Below are positions 1 through 9,688 of a stretch of DNA of 64,000 nt, in pieces. The stretch lies in contig JASGHJ010000002.1 in assembly GCA_047602405.1 (NCBI GenBank), forward strand, positions 2,592,001 through 2,656,000, read 5' to 3'. The notes beneath the pieces are model-generated. The model saw nothing but the letters and a program-made list of their open reading frames with translations, was not told the origin of the DNA and did no database searches. The DNA comes from Anaeromyxobacteraceae bacterium. GTDB lineage: Bacteria; Myxococcota; Myxococcia; Myxococcales; Anaeromyxobacteraceae. Position 1 is the first letter of the stretch, and each line of letters starts with the position of its first letter. A program made the position numbers and the translations under genes.

Positions 1-1625
1 TTGAGCGCGCGCTGCTGTCCGTGGCCCTTGAGCCGCTCGAGGAGCGCGTTCAGCGCGGTGGGCGCGACCGGCGGCTCGGGCACCTCGAAGCCGTGCAGCG
101 CCGCGAGCGCCAGGAACGAGGCGAGCTTCTCGTCGTCCGGCACGCCGTGCACCCGGTAGACGGTGGGGAGCTCGCGCGCCCCGAACCAGCGGGCGACGGC
201 CTCGTTCGCCGCGAGCATGAACTCTTCCACGATCCGGTGCGCGCGGTTCCGCGGCCGCCGCTCGATGCCGACCACCCGGCCGTCCGGATCGAGCACGATC
301 TTGGACTCGGGGAGGTCGAAGTCGATGGCCCCGCGGCGGCCCCGCATCGCGGTGAGCCGCTCCTGCAGCTCCGCCATGATCTCGAACCGCTCGCGGAAGG
401 CCTCGCGGTGCGGCACGTGCTCGCCGTCGAGCACGCGGGCCACCTCGGTGTACGTGCAGCGGGCGTGGCTGCGCATCACCGCCTGGTAGACCTCGGCCGA
501 CTGGGTCTCGCCCCGGCCGTCGATCACCATGTCGGCGACCATGCAGAGCCGCTCGACGTCCGGGTTGAGCGAGCAGATGCCGTTCGAGAGCCGCTCCGGC
601 AGCATCGGCAGGACCTGCATCGGGAAGTAGACGCTCGTGCCGCGGCGGGCGGCCTCGACGTCGAGCGGCTCCCCCGCCTTCACGTAGTGCGCGACGTCGG
701 CGATGGCGACCACGAGCCGCCAGCGCGGCGCGCCCTTCTTGGAGGGGACGCGCTCGACGTGCACGGCGTCGTCGAAGTCCCGTGCGTCCTCGCCGTCGAT
801 GGTGACGAGCGGGAGCGAGGTGAGGTCCTTGCGATCCCGGCGGTCCTCGGCGCGGACGTGGTCGGGGACCGCCTCGGCGGCCTGCACGACCGGCTCCGGG
901 AAGAGGTCCGCGAAGCCCTTCGCGTAGGCGACCTTCAGCACCTCCACGCGCGGCTCGCCGGGCCGCCCGATGGTCTCGAGCACCTCGCCGCGCAGGCCGG
1001 CGGCGTCGGGGTCGAGCGCGACCTTCACGACCTCCCCGTCGCGGGCCGCGGCGGTCTCGGGCACCGGCACGGCGCCCTCGAGCTGCGGGTCGGACGGCAC
1101 GACGAAGCTCGACTTGCCGCGCGCGTGGTAGGTGCCGAGGAGGAGCCGGCGGCGGCGCTCGACCACCTCGAGCACGCGGCCCATGGTGCGCCCGCCGCGG
1201 GCGGGGACGATCTCGAGGCGCACGAGGTCGCCGTCGAGGGCCTTCGCCGCCTCGTCGGGCGGCACGAACACGTCGTCACCCTGGCGGTCGAGGCGCGCCG
1301 CGAAGCCGAAGCCGTCGCGGTGCTTCTTGAGCGTCGCGAGGAGGCCGCCCCGCCCGCCCTTCCCGCCCGCCCGGCCGGCGCGCGGCGTGGCGAGCTTGCC
1401 CGCCGGCGCGGGCGCCGGCTTCGCGCCCGGCACCGACCAGCGCTTGCCGTCGCGCACGAGCGCGCCGTCGCGCACGAGGTCGCGCAGCACGCGCTTCACC
1501 TCGGTGCGCTCGCCCGGGTGCAGCTTCGCGCGCTGCATGAGCTCGCCGATGCCGAGCGGCTTCCCGCCGGACTCACGCACCACCTCGAGGAGCCGCGTGC
1601 GCCGCGCATCCGTCCTGTCAGTCAC
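1..1625 (-). CDS. rnr: Ribonuclease R (partial, 3' end runs off window; absent from ORF track)
   Basis: Manual minus-strand translation from GTG at 1625 gives LKKHRDGFGF (cold-shock/OB domain) and LVTIDGEDARDFDDAV (RNB catalytic motif); overlaps the stop of the upstream AIM24 gene. Confidence 0.93.
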   Translation of the reverse strand, partial: MTDRTDARRTRLLEVVRESGGKPLGIGELMQRAKLHPGERTEVKRVLRDLVRDGALVRDGKRWSVPGAKPAPAPAGKLATPRAGRAGGKGGRGGLLATLKKHRDGFGFAARLDRQGDDVFVPPDEAAKALDGDLVRLEIVPARGGRTMGRVLEVVERRRRLLLGTYHARGKSSFVVPSDPQLEGAVPVPETAAARDGEVVKVALDPDAAGLRGEVLETIGRPGEPRVEVLKVAYAKGFADLFPEPVVQAAEAVPDHVRAEDRRDRKDLTSLPLVTIDGEDARDFDDAVHVERVPSKKGAPRWRLVVAIADVAHYVKAGEPLDVEAARRGTSVYFPMQVLPMLPERLSNGICSLNPDVERLCMVADMVIDGRGETQSAEVYQAVMRSHARCTYTEVARVLDGEHVPHREAFRERFEIMAELQERLTAMRGRRGAIDFDLPESKIVLDPDGRVVGIERRPRNRAHRIVEEFMLAANEAVARWFGARELPTVYRVHGVPDDEKLASFLALAALHGFEVPEPPVAPTALNALLERLKGHGQQRAL

Positions 1626-2457
1626 CGAGCACCTGGGACCAGCCGCCGCCCTGCCCCTGGGAGGGGAAGAGCGGGAAGAGCGCGCCCGCGAGGGAGCGCA
1701 GGTTGCGGGTCTGGAGCCACACGTCTCCGGGCCCGGTGAACTCGACGACCAGCGCCTCGCCCGAGAGCAGCGAGCGCATCCACCCGCGCCGGGAGGCCTT
1801 CCTGACCTGGTACGGGATCCGCGCGTCGAACGCGACCACGTGACCGGTGTCGACGAGGTAGCGGCTCCCGGCGGGCAGCGGCCGGCGCACGATCGCGCCG
1901 AAGGAGGAGAGGAGCGCGAGCCCGGCGCCGGACAGCCGGATGAAGAAGAGCCCCTCGCCGGCGAACAGCCCCCGGAACCCGGCGAACTCGCTGTCCACCG
2001 AGACGGTGGGCTCGGAGGCGAGCCAGGACGACGACTGCACGAGCAGGGCGCGCCCTGCGAGGTCGACGCCGATGACGTCGCCGGGGACCGGCGGCGCGAG
2101 GATGACCTCGCCGGGCGCGCCGACCGCCGTGAACGTGGAGACGAACAGCGACTCCCGGGTGACCATCCGCTTCAGGGCGCCCATCACGCCGCCCGAGAGC
2201 TGCGACTGGAGGTCGATGGAGCCGCTCATCGAGACCATGGCCCCGGCCTCGGCCTTCACGGCCTGGCCGGGGGCGAGCTCGACGCGGGCCGCCGCGAACG
2301 CGTTCCCGCCGACGAGCTGGTAGCGCAGGCCCGCGCCGGCGGGCGTCGTGGCGAGGACCGGAGCCCCGGCGGGCTCGGCCATCACGGGGAGCGCGGCGCC
2401 GCACGCAGAGCAGGTGGGCCCGGGGTAGACCTCGGAGGCGCAGGTGGGGCACTTCAT
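1618..2457 (-). CDS. AIM24/TIGR00266 family protein with N-terminal zinc ribbon
   Basis: C-terminal part of ORF 1618..3786: MKCPTC...CSACG, then AEAGAMVSMS, GEGLF, VDTGHVVAF, FTGPGDVWLQTR. Confidence 0.85.
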   Translation of the reverse strand: MKCPTCASEVYPGPTCSACGAALPVMAEPAGAPVLATTPAGAGLRYQLVGGNAFAAARVELAPGQAVKAEAGAMVSMSGSIDLQSQLSGGVMGALKRMVTRESLFVSTFTAVGAPGEVILAPPVPGDVIGVDLAGRALLVQSSSWLASEPTVSVDSEFAGFRGLFAGEGLFFIRLSGAGLALLSSFGAIVRRPLPAGSRYLVDTGHVVAFDARIPYQVRKASRRGWMRSLLSGEALVVEFTGPGDVWLQTRNLRSLAGALFPLFPSQGQGGGWSQVLGD

Positions 2458-2532
2458 CGCGGGCGAGTGTACACGCGCCGCGACCCTTGGCGTCGTGGAC
2501 TTCGCACCCCTGAGCGGGCTATCCAGGCGTTC

Positions 2533-3747
2533 GTGCTCACGCCCGAGCGCGCCCTGGCGCGCATCCTCGACGCCGTGTCCGACGTGGCTCCCCTCCCGGC
2601 CGAGCGCGTGCCGCTCTCCGCCGCGCTCGACCGCGTGGTCGCCGAGGACGTCCGCTCCCCGGTCGATCTGCCGGGCTTCGACGCGTCCACCATGGACGGC
2701 TACGCGCTCCGCGCCGCCGACGCGGGCTCGGCCGGAGTGCGGCTCCCCGTCGCCTTCGAGGTGTTCGCCGGCGACCCCACGGGCCGCCCGCTCCCGCCGG
2801 GCGCCTGCGCGCGCATCTTCACCGGGGCGCCGCTGCCCGCGGGCGCGGACGCGGTGGAGATGCAGGAGCGGGTGCGCCGGGCCGGAGGGGCCGCGCGCTT
2901 CGACCGGCCCGCCGAGGCCGGGCGGTTCGTGAAGGCGATGGGCTCCGACCTCACCGCGGGCGCCGTGGCCATCCCGGCCGGCACGCCGGTCGACGTGGGC
3001 ACGGTGGGCCTCGCGGCGGGCTCCGGGGTGTCGGAGCTCCCGGTGCACCGCAGGCCGCGCGTCGCGGTGCTCCCGACCGGCGACGAGCTCGGCGCGCCGG
3101 GTGCCCCCCTTCGCCCGGGGCAGATCTACGAGTCGAACGGCCCCGCCATCGCGGCGGCGGTCCGCGAGGCCGGCGGCGAGCCCGTGCTGCTCCCGGTGGC
3201 GCGCGACGACGCGGGCTCCCTGGCGCGCGCGCTCGAGGCCGCGCGGGGCTGCGACGCGCTGGTCACGAGTGGTGGCGTGTCGGTTGGTGACCGAGATTTC
3301 GTCAGAACCGCTCTGGAATCGGCGGGAGCGTCCCTCGACTTCTGGAAGATCGCCATCCGTCCAGGCAAGCCGTTCACGTTCGGCCGCTGGGGCCGCGCCT
3401 TCACCTTCGGGCTGCCCGGCAATCCGGCCTCGACGCTGGTCACGTTCGAACTGTTCGTGCGCCCTGCACTGAGAGCGCTGGCCGGTCTCGCGGGTCATGG
3501 ACGTTTCGAGGTGGAGGCGCGCCTGAGTTCCCCTCAGGAGAAACCCGAGGAGCTCGAAGTGTACGTACGCGTACGCCTCAAGCGAACGCTGACCGGGTAC
3601 GTCGCGGAGCCGCTGCGTACGCAGGTCTCGGGGCACCTGACCTCGACGGCAGGGCACGACGGGCTCGCGATCCTCCCGCGGGGCAAGGCGCGCCTCGCGC
3701 GAGGCGCGAAGGTCCGCATCCGGGTGCTGCGCCCGCCCTCTCCCTGA
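2533..3747 (+). CDS. moeA: Molybdopterin molybdenumtransferase MoeA
   Basis: PGFDASTMDGYA, IFTGAPLP, TGDEL, TSGGVSVGDRD, PGKP, LPGNP; GTG start at 2533. Confidence 0.95.
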   Translation: MLTPERALARILDAVSDVAPLPAERVPLSAALDRVVAEDVRSPVDLPGFDASTMDGYALRAADAGSAGVRLPVAFEVFAGDPTGRPLPPGACARIFTGAPLPAGADAVEMQERVRRAGGAARFDRPAEAGRFVKAMGSDLTAGAVAIPAGTPVDVGTVGLAAGSGVSELPVHRRPRVAVLPTGDELGAPGAPLRPGQIYESNGPAIAAAVREAGGEPVLLPVARDDAGSLARALEAARGCDALVTSGGVSVGDRDFVRTALESAGASLDFWKIAIRPGKPFTFGRWGRAFTFGLPGNPASTLVTFELFVRPALRALAGLAGHGRFEVEARLSSPQEKPEELEVYVRVRLKRTLTGYVAEPLRTQVSGHLTSTAGHDGLAILPRGKARLARGAKVRIRVLRPPSP

Positions 3748-3946
3748 GCGCGTCGGTGCGCCACGCCCCACCGCGCCTGGGTTCACTTCACCCCACGCAA
3801 AGTACGACCAGGTTTGCTATTCGTACAGTCACGCACGACTTCACGGGTAGAGCGAACACAGGACAAGCGAGCAGACGCTCCAGGTGTTAATTCACTTCCG
3901 GGAACGCAGCGGGCCACCCAACCACCAACCTGACACGGAGTGAATC

Positions 3947-4153
3947 ATGGCCGGTCTTGCCGACAAGTTCGCAGTCAACCTCAAGAGCGAGCGGCTCCGC
4001 CGCAAGCTTTCGCAGGAGACCCTCGCCGCGAAGGCCGGGCTCTCCGTCTCGTACATCTCGATGCTCGAGCGCGGGCAGCGCACGCCGCCGCTCGACACGC
4101 TCGAGTCGCTGGCGAAGGCGCTCAGCGTCTCGCCGGTCTCCCTCCTCGGCTAG
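3947..4153 (+). CDS. XRE-family HTH transcriptional regulator (68 aa)
   Basis: LSQETLAAKAGLSVSYISMLERGQRTP; GGAG RBS. Confidence 0.9.
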   Translation: MAGLADKFAVNLKSERLRRKLSQETLAAKAGLSVSYISMLERGQRTPPLDTLESLAKALSVSPVSLLG

Positions 4154-4276
4154 CGCTCCGCGCGGCGGGCCGGCCTCCGGCGACGAGGTCCGGCCCGCAC
4201 GGCCTCGACGCCGTCCACGATCCGGGGTCCTCGGGTGCCGTGCATCCGGGCCCCGGATCGCTTATGTTCCCCGCCC

Positions 4277-4555
4277 ATGGCGCGCATGGTCCAGTGCAAG
4301 AAGCTCGGCAAGGAACTGCCGGGTCTCGGCTTCAAGCCCTTCCCGAACGAGCTCGGCCAGAAGATCTACGACTCGGTCTCCGCGGAGGCGTGGAAGCTCT
4401 GGCTCGAGCACTTCAAGATGATCCTGAACGAGTATCGCCTCGCCCCGGGTGACCCGCGGACGCAGGAGATCCTCTACCAGCAGGCCGAGCAGTTCTTCTT
4501 CGGCGAGGGCGCCCAGCTCCCGCCCGACTACAAGCCGCCCAGGGCGAAGGGCTAG
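4277..4555 (+). CDS. yggX: Fe(II)-trafficking / oxidative damage protection protein YggX
   Basis: [13 protein letters not shown]...[23 protein letters not shown]...MILNEYRL. Confidence 0.9.
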   Translation: MARMVQCKKLGKELPGLGFKPFPNELGQKIYDSVSAEAWKLWLEHFKMILNEYRLAPGDPRTQEILYQQAEQFFFGEGAQLPPDYKPPRAKG

Positions 4556-4607
4556 CGCCGCCCCGGCCGTCCGCCGAGGCAGCACGCCAGCGACCCGGAG
4601 CACCCGC

Positions 4608-6011
4608 GTGCGCGGCCCCGGCGAGATCCTCCTCCTCTCCACCTACGAGCTCGGGCACGCCCCGCACGGCATCGCCGTGCCGATGGCGTTCCTCGAGCGC
4701 GCCGGCTTCCGCCCCGCCGCGCTCGACCTCGCCGTGGAGCAGCTCGATCCCGCGCGCGCGGGGCGGGCGCGCCTCGCGCTCGTCTCCATCCCCATGCACA
4801 CGGCGACGCGCCTGGGCCTCGAGGCCGCCGCCCGCCTGCGCGCGCTCGCGCCCGGGATCGCCATCGCGTTTCACGGGCTCTACGCCGCGCTGAACGCCGA
4901 CCTCCTCCTGCGCGCGGGGGCGGTGGCGGTGGTCGGCCCCGACCAGGAGGACGCGCTCGTTGCGCTCGCGGAGGCGCTCGAGCGCGGCGCGCCGCCGCCG
5001 GCCACCCGGCCCGCACCCGGCACGCGCCCGCGCCGCCTCGAGCTCCCCGTCCCGAGCCGCTGGGGGCTGCCCCCGCCGGACCGCTACGCCCGCCTCCTCG
5101 CCGCCGACGGCGACCGGCTCGCGGGCTACACCGAGGCGACGCGCGGCTGCAAGCACCGCTGCCGCCACTGCCCCCTGCCCCCGTTCCACGACGGCCGCTT
5201 CACCGCCGTCCCCGCCGACGTCGTGGTCGCCGACGTGGCGCAGCAGGTCGCCGCCGGCGTCCGCCACGTCACCTTCGGTGATCCCGACTTCCTGAACGGC
5301 CCGGGGCACGCCCTGCGGATCGCGCGGGCGCTCCACGCACGCTGGCCGGGCCTGACCTTCGACTTCACCGCGAAGGTCGAGCACCTCGTCGCCCGCCCCG
5401 AGGACGTCGGGGAGCTCGCCCGGCTCGGCGCGCTGTTCGTGACCTCGGCGGTCGAGTCCTTCTCCGGCGAGGTCCTCGCCCGCCTCGCGAAGGGCCACGA
5501 CCGCGAGGGCGCCCTGCGCGCGTTCCGGGTGTGCGAGGACGCCGGGCTCGCGCTCAGGCCGACGTTCGTGCCGTTCACGCCCTGGGAGACGCTCGCGTCG
5601 TACCTCGACCTCCTCGAGACGCTCGAGCGGCACGGCTGGCTCTCGCACGTCGACCCGGTGCAGCTCTCCCTGCGCCTGCTCGTGCCGCCGGGCTCGCTCC
5701 TCGAGGGTGACCCCTCCATCCCCTTCGACGCCCTCGACGACGACGCGCTGGGCTGGCGCTGGCACCACCCGGACCCGCGCATGGACGCCCTGCAGGCGCG
5801 GGTCGCCGCCGAGGTGCACGCCGGCGAGGCGGCCCACGCGCCGCCGCGGGAGATCCTGGAGCGGGTGCACGCCCTCGCCGCCGCCGCGGCGGGCGCGCCG
5901 CACCAGCACCGCCGCATGCTCTCGCCCGAGGCGCGGCGGGTGCCGCGGCTCAGCGAGAGCTGGTTCTGTTGAGCGGAGCCCCTGCGCCCGGCGGGCGCGG
6001 ACGAGCGGTAG
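4608..6011 (+). CDS. CUAEP-tail radical SAM selenoprotein (B12-binding-like N-domain); Sec at TGA 5970-5972
   Basis: CxxxCxxC (GCKHRCRHC); sequence TGG TTC TGT TGA GCG GAG CCC = W-F-C-U-A-E-P, open to TAG 6009-6011; hairpin 3' of the TGA. Confidence 0.88.
5982..6000 (+). promoter_or_regulatory. Putative bacterial SECIS element
   Basis: CTGCGCCC-GGC-GGGCGCGG stem-loop; the apical loop starts with G, 18 nt after the in-frame TGA. Confidence 0.7.
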
Positions 6012-6042
6012 AGGGCCGTCGGAAAGGCGATAGAGTGCGCCC

Positions 6043-6960
6043 ATGGCGCCCTTCGCCGCCCGCCCCGCCCCGGCCGCCGTGCTGCCGCGCATCGCCCCGC
6101 CGCCGCGCGCCCCGCCGCCGCGCGCCGTGCCCTGGTCGCTCCGCGCCCGCCTGTGGTTCGGCGGGTTCGGGAGCTTCGGCTGGCTCTGGCTCGCGTTCTC
6201 GATCGCGTTCACCGCCCCCTTCCTCCGCGCCACTGACGTCTCGCGCTTCACCACCTTCAGGGGCGAGCTGGTCCGGGAGCAGGGGCTCACCTCGAGCTGC
6301 ACCGGGACCGGCTACTCGGTCGGCGGCAGCGAGGGCCAGAACGGCACCCCGGTGCACGCGAACCACTACCGGTTCGAGTCGAACGGCGCCGAGTACCACG
6401 GGGTCTCCTACGCCACCGGCCGCTGCCTCCTCGCCGGGACCGACGTCACCGTCGAGTTCCCCGCCGGGCACCCGGAGCGGTCGCGCATCGCCGGCATGCG
6501 GACGCGCCCGCTCGACGCGACCGGACTCCTCGTGCTGATCTTCCCGGCCTTCGGGATCCTCTCCGTGGTGGTCGCGTTCTTCGTCGGCCAGCGCCGCACC
6601 GGCCTCCTCTCGCGCGGGCGGCTCGCGCTCGGGACGCTCCTCGGGAAGGAGCCCACCCGCACGAAGATCAACGGGCGCACGGTGATGAAGCTCCGGTTCG
6701 CGCTCGAGACCGACCGCGGCACGCGCCACGAGATCGTGGTGAAGACCACCGAGCCCGAGGTGCTCGAGGACGACCCGAAGGAGCGGATCTTCTACGACCC
6801 GGACCGCCCCTCCCGCGCCGTCGCGTGGGACTCACTCCCGGGCAGCCCCGCGCTCGACGCCGCGGGCGAGCTCATGCCCGCCCCGGCCTGGCCGGCGCTC
6901 CGGGTGCTCATCGGACCCGCGCTCACGGGCGCCGCGCTCCTCGGGGCCCTCCTGTGGTGA
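6043..6960 (+). CDS. Membrane protein, DUF3592-like (paralog 1)
   Basis: Three hydrophobic segments, ANHYRFE, GHPERSRIAG, LEDDPKE; strong GC3 bias. Confidence 0.7.
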   Translation: MAPFAARPAPAAVLPRIAPPPRAPPPRAVPWSLRARLWFGGFGSFGWLWLAFSIAFTAPFLRATDVSRFTTFRGELVREQGLTSSCTGTGYSVGGSEGQNGTPVHANHYRFESNGAEYHGVSYATGRCLLAGTDVTVEFPAGHPERSRIAGMRTRPLDATGLLVLIFPAFGILSVVVAFFVGQRRTGLLSRGRLALGTLLGKEPTRTKINGRTVMKLRFALETDRGTRHEIVVKTTEPEVLEDDPKERIFYDPDRPSRAVAWDSLPGSPALDAAGELMPAPAWPALRVLIGPALTGAALLGALLW

Positions 6961-7850
6961 CCGGCTCCGACGGCTTCCTCCCGCGCCTCGCGCCGCCCCC
7001 GCGCCGCGTGCCGCTCTCCTGGCGCCTGCGGCTCCTCTTCGGCGGCCCCGCGCTCTTCGCCTGGCTCTGGCTCGCGTTCGCGGGCGGGCTGGGCACCGTC
7101 TTCCTCGCGCAGGCCGATCTCGTCTCGTGGGTCCACTTCCTCGGGAAGGTCGAGCGCACGGAGGGGACGTCCGACGGCTGCGAGGCCACGCAGGCGTCCT
7201 CCAACAAGCAGCGCATCTACGCGAACCACTACCGCTTCGAGGTGCCGGATCTCCGCGTGGAGGCGGGCGGCGCCGGCCCCGCGGAGCTCACCGGCACCTC
7301 CTACGGCCGCTGCGCCGAGGCCGGCTCGGCGGTGACCGTGGAGTGGCCCGCCGGCCACCCCGAGCGCTCGCGGATCGCCGGCCAGGACCGGGCCACCTTC
7401 GGCCCGGAGGTGGCGTTCGTCGCGATCTTCCCGCTGGTGGGCCTCCTGTTCGTGGCCGCCACCCTCGTCGCCGGCCTGCGCCAGCTCGCGCTGCTCGAGC
7501 ACGGCAAGCTCACGCTCGGGACGCTCCTCTCGAAGGAGCTCGCCGCGCGCGGCGGCAAGGGGCCGCCGGTCTGGGCCTGCCGCTTCGCGCTCGAGACCGA
7601 GCGCGGCAAGGCGGAGATCACCGTGCGGACGACGAGGCCGCAGCGGCTCGAGGACGACCCGCGCGAGAAGTTCTTCTACGACCCCCGCCGCGCCGATCGT
7701 GCGGTCGCGTGGGACGACCTCGACCCGAAGCCCCGCGTGGACGGGCTCGGCGCGTTCGAGCCGCTCGGGCCGGGCGCGACGCTCCTCGCGCTCCTCGGCC
7801 CGCTCCTCGCGGGCGCGGCGATCGTGGCGGTCGTGAAGCTCCTCGGCTAG
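6957..7850 (+). CDS. Membrane protein, DUF3592-like (paralog 2)
   Basis: GTGA overlap with paralog 1; shares ANHYRFE, GHPERSRIAG, RFALETxRG, LEDDPxE, AVAWD. Confidence 0.7.
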   Translation: MTGSDGFLPRLAPPPRRVPLSWRLRLLFGGPALFAWLWLAFAGGLGTVFLAQADLVSWVHFLGKVERTEGTSDGCEATQASSNKQRIYANHYRFEVPDLRVEAGGAGPAELTGTSYGRCAEAGSAVTVEWPAGHPERSRIAGQDRATFGPEVAFVAIFPLVGLLFVAATLVAGLRQLALLEHGKLTLGTLLSKELAARGGKGPPVWACRFALETERGKAEITVRTTRPQRLEDDPREKFFYDPRRADRAVAWDDLDPKPRVDGLGAFEPLGPGATLLALLGPLLAGAAIVAVVKLLG

Positions 7851-9125
7851 CGCCCGGACGCGACCGGCAGCGGCGCGCGGAGGTCGAACGCGAGGCGCGC
7901 GTGCGCGGCCCGCAGCGCGGCCTCGACGTCGGCGGGCGTCTCGCCCTTCGCGAACAGGAAGCCGAGGTAGCTGTCGCCCTCGGGCAAGGGCACGATCTCG
8001 CGCCCCTCGGGGGCGGTGATCACGACGTCCACCACGCCCGGCACCGCCCGCGCGGCCTCGAGGCCCGCGACGCCGTGGAGCACGCCGCGCCGCGGGATGG
8101 GCAGCATCATCACGCCCGAGGCCCGCGCCTCGCGCCGCACGTCGGCGAGCGGGATCCCCATGGCGTGCGCGACGAGCACCTCCTCGAGCGTGAGGCCCGC
8201 CCCGAACTTCAGCGTGCGCGAGCAGAGCCCGCCGATCGAGCGGGCGGCGATCTCGAGGATCACCGGCCCCGCCGGCGAGAGCCGGAGCTCCGCGTGGACC
8301 GGCCCCTCGCCGAGCCCGAGCGCGCGGCAGCCCTCGCCGACGAGCCGCGCGACCTCGGCCTGCAGCGCCGCCGGGTGGCGCGACGGCGTGACGTACAGGG
8401 TCTCCTCGAAGTAGGGGCCATCGAGCGGGTCGGGCTTGTCGAAGAACGCGAGCACCTCCAGCGCGCCCGCGACGAGGAGCCCCTCCAGCGCGACCTCCGC
8501 CCCGGGGACGAACCCCTCCACGAGGAGCCGGGCGCCCTCCCCTTCCTCCCGGGCGCGGCGCTCGAGCTTCGTGTCGTGGAGCAGCTTCTGGATCCGGCGC
8601 CACGCGGCGACGAACGCCGCCGGGTCGTCGGCCCGGATGACGCCCCGGCTCGCCGAGAAGATGAGCGGCTTCAGCACGACCGGGAACCGGACGCCGCGGG
8701 CGACGGCCTGCGGATCCTCATGCACGGCGTGGTCCTCGAAGGGCGGCACCGGCAGCCCGGCGTCGCGCAGGGCGCGGCGCTGGGCGAGCTTGTTGCCGGC
8801 CTTGCGGGCCGCGGCCGCGGCGCTGCCCGGGAGGCCCAGGCGCTCGGCGGCGAGCGCACCGATGACCGCGGTCGCGTCGGAGGTCGGGACGATGCCCGCG
8901 ATCGGCCGGCGCGCGGCGGCCTCGGCGATCTGCTCCGCGGCGTGCTCGGGCTTGCGGTAGTCGAGCGAGAGCAGGTCGGGGAGCTCGCCGAACGTGTCCT
9001 CGATTCTGGTGGCAGAGGTCGCTGCCGAGGAGGAGCGGGACCTTCAGCCGGCGGGCCGCGGCCTGGAAGTCGTCGAGCCGGTAGCTCGTGGTCGGGACGA
9101 GGAGGAGGAGCGAGCCGTCGCGCAT
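7847..9125 (-). CDS. ATP-grasp domain ligase (one +1 frameshift at 9002-9006)
   Basis: PVVLKP..SASRGVIR, LVEGFVPG.E..LEG, GPVHAELR, LEIAARSIGG; removing one base at GATTC joins ORFs 8718..9125 and 7847..8749 into about 425 aa. Confidence 0.85.
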
Positions 9126-9271
9126 CGGGGCCTTTCATGCCGCGAAGCGGCGCCGGGCGCAACCCGGGCGGTGCCTCTCGGGGCCAGCCGCCCCCCTCGC
9201 CGACGCCCCTGCGCCGCCCGGCCATCGACGGGGTCTTTCCCGGCGGGCTGCGCCCGCGGTACGCCGTGCGC

Positions 9272-9688
9272 ATGCGCCACGCCGGAAGCTGCCACTGCGG
9301 CAACCTCACCGTCGTCTTCGAGTCCGCCCGCGCGCCGGCTGAGGCCCCGCTCCGGACCTGCGGCTGCACCTTCTGCGCGCGGCACCGCCCGACGTACACG
9401 ACCGATCCTGCCGGACGCCTCGAGGTGCGCTGGCGCGATCCCGCGCACGTCACCCGCTACCGCTTCGGCCTCGCCACCGCGGACTTCCTCCTCTGTTCAC
9501 GCTGCGGCGTGTTCGTGGCCGCCGTGGGTGAGGTGGACGGCCGGCTGCTCGGCACGCTCAACGTGAACGTGCTCGAGGACCGCCCCGCGTTCACGCAGGC
9601 GCCGGTGCCGGTGAACTACGACGCCGAGGACGTCGAGGCGCGCCTCGCCAGGCGCGCACGGGCGTGGACGCCAGCGGTGGTGGGGTAG
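9272..9688 (+). CDS. GFA (CENP-V/aldehyde-activating) family protein
   Basis: GSCHCG, CGCTFC, FLLCSRCGV. Confidence 0.88.
   Translation: MRHAGSCHCGNLTVVFESARAPAEAPLRTCGCTFCARHRPTYTTDPAGRLEVRWRDPAHVTRYRFGLATADFLLCSRCGVFVAAVGEVDGRLLGTLNVNVLEDRPAFTQAPVPVNYDAEDVEARLARRARAWTPAVVG

Noticed and set aside
21..1739. 572-aa plus-strand ORF and the many other long Arg/Ala/Pro-rich ORFs (e.g. 16794..22778, 21710..24961, 12147..15179)
   Set aside because: Shadow frames of GC-rich genes. The opposite or shifted frame carries the recognisable motifs; only the 21606..22778 part of the 1994-aa ORF looks real.
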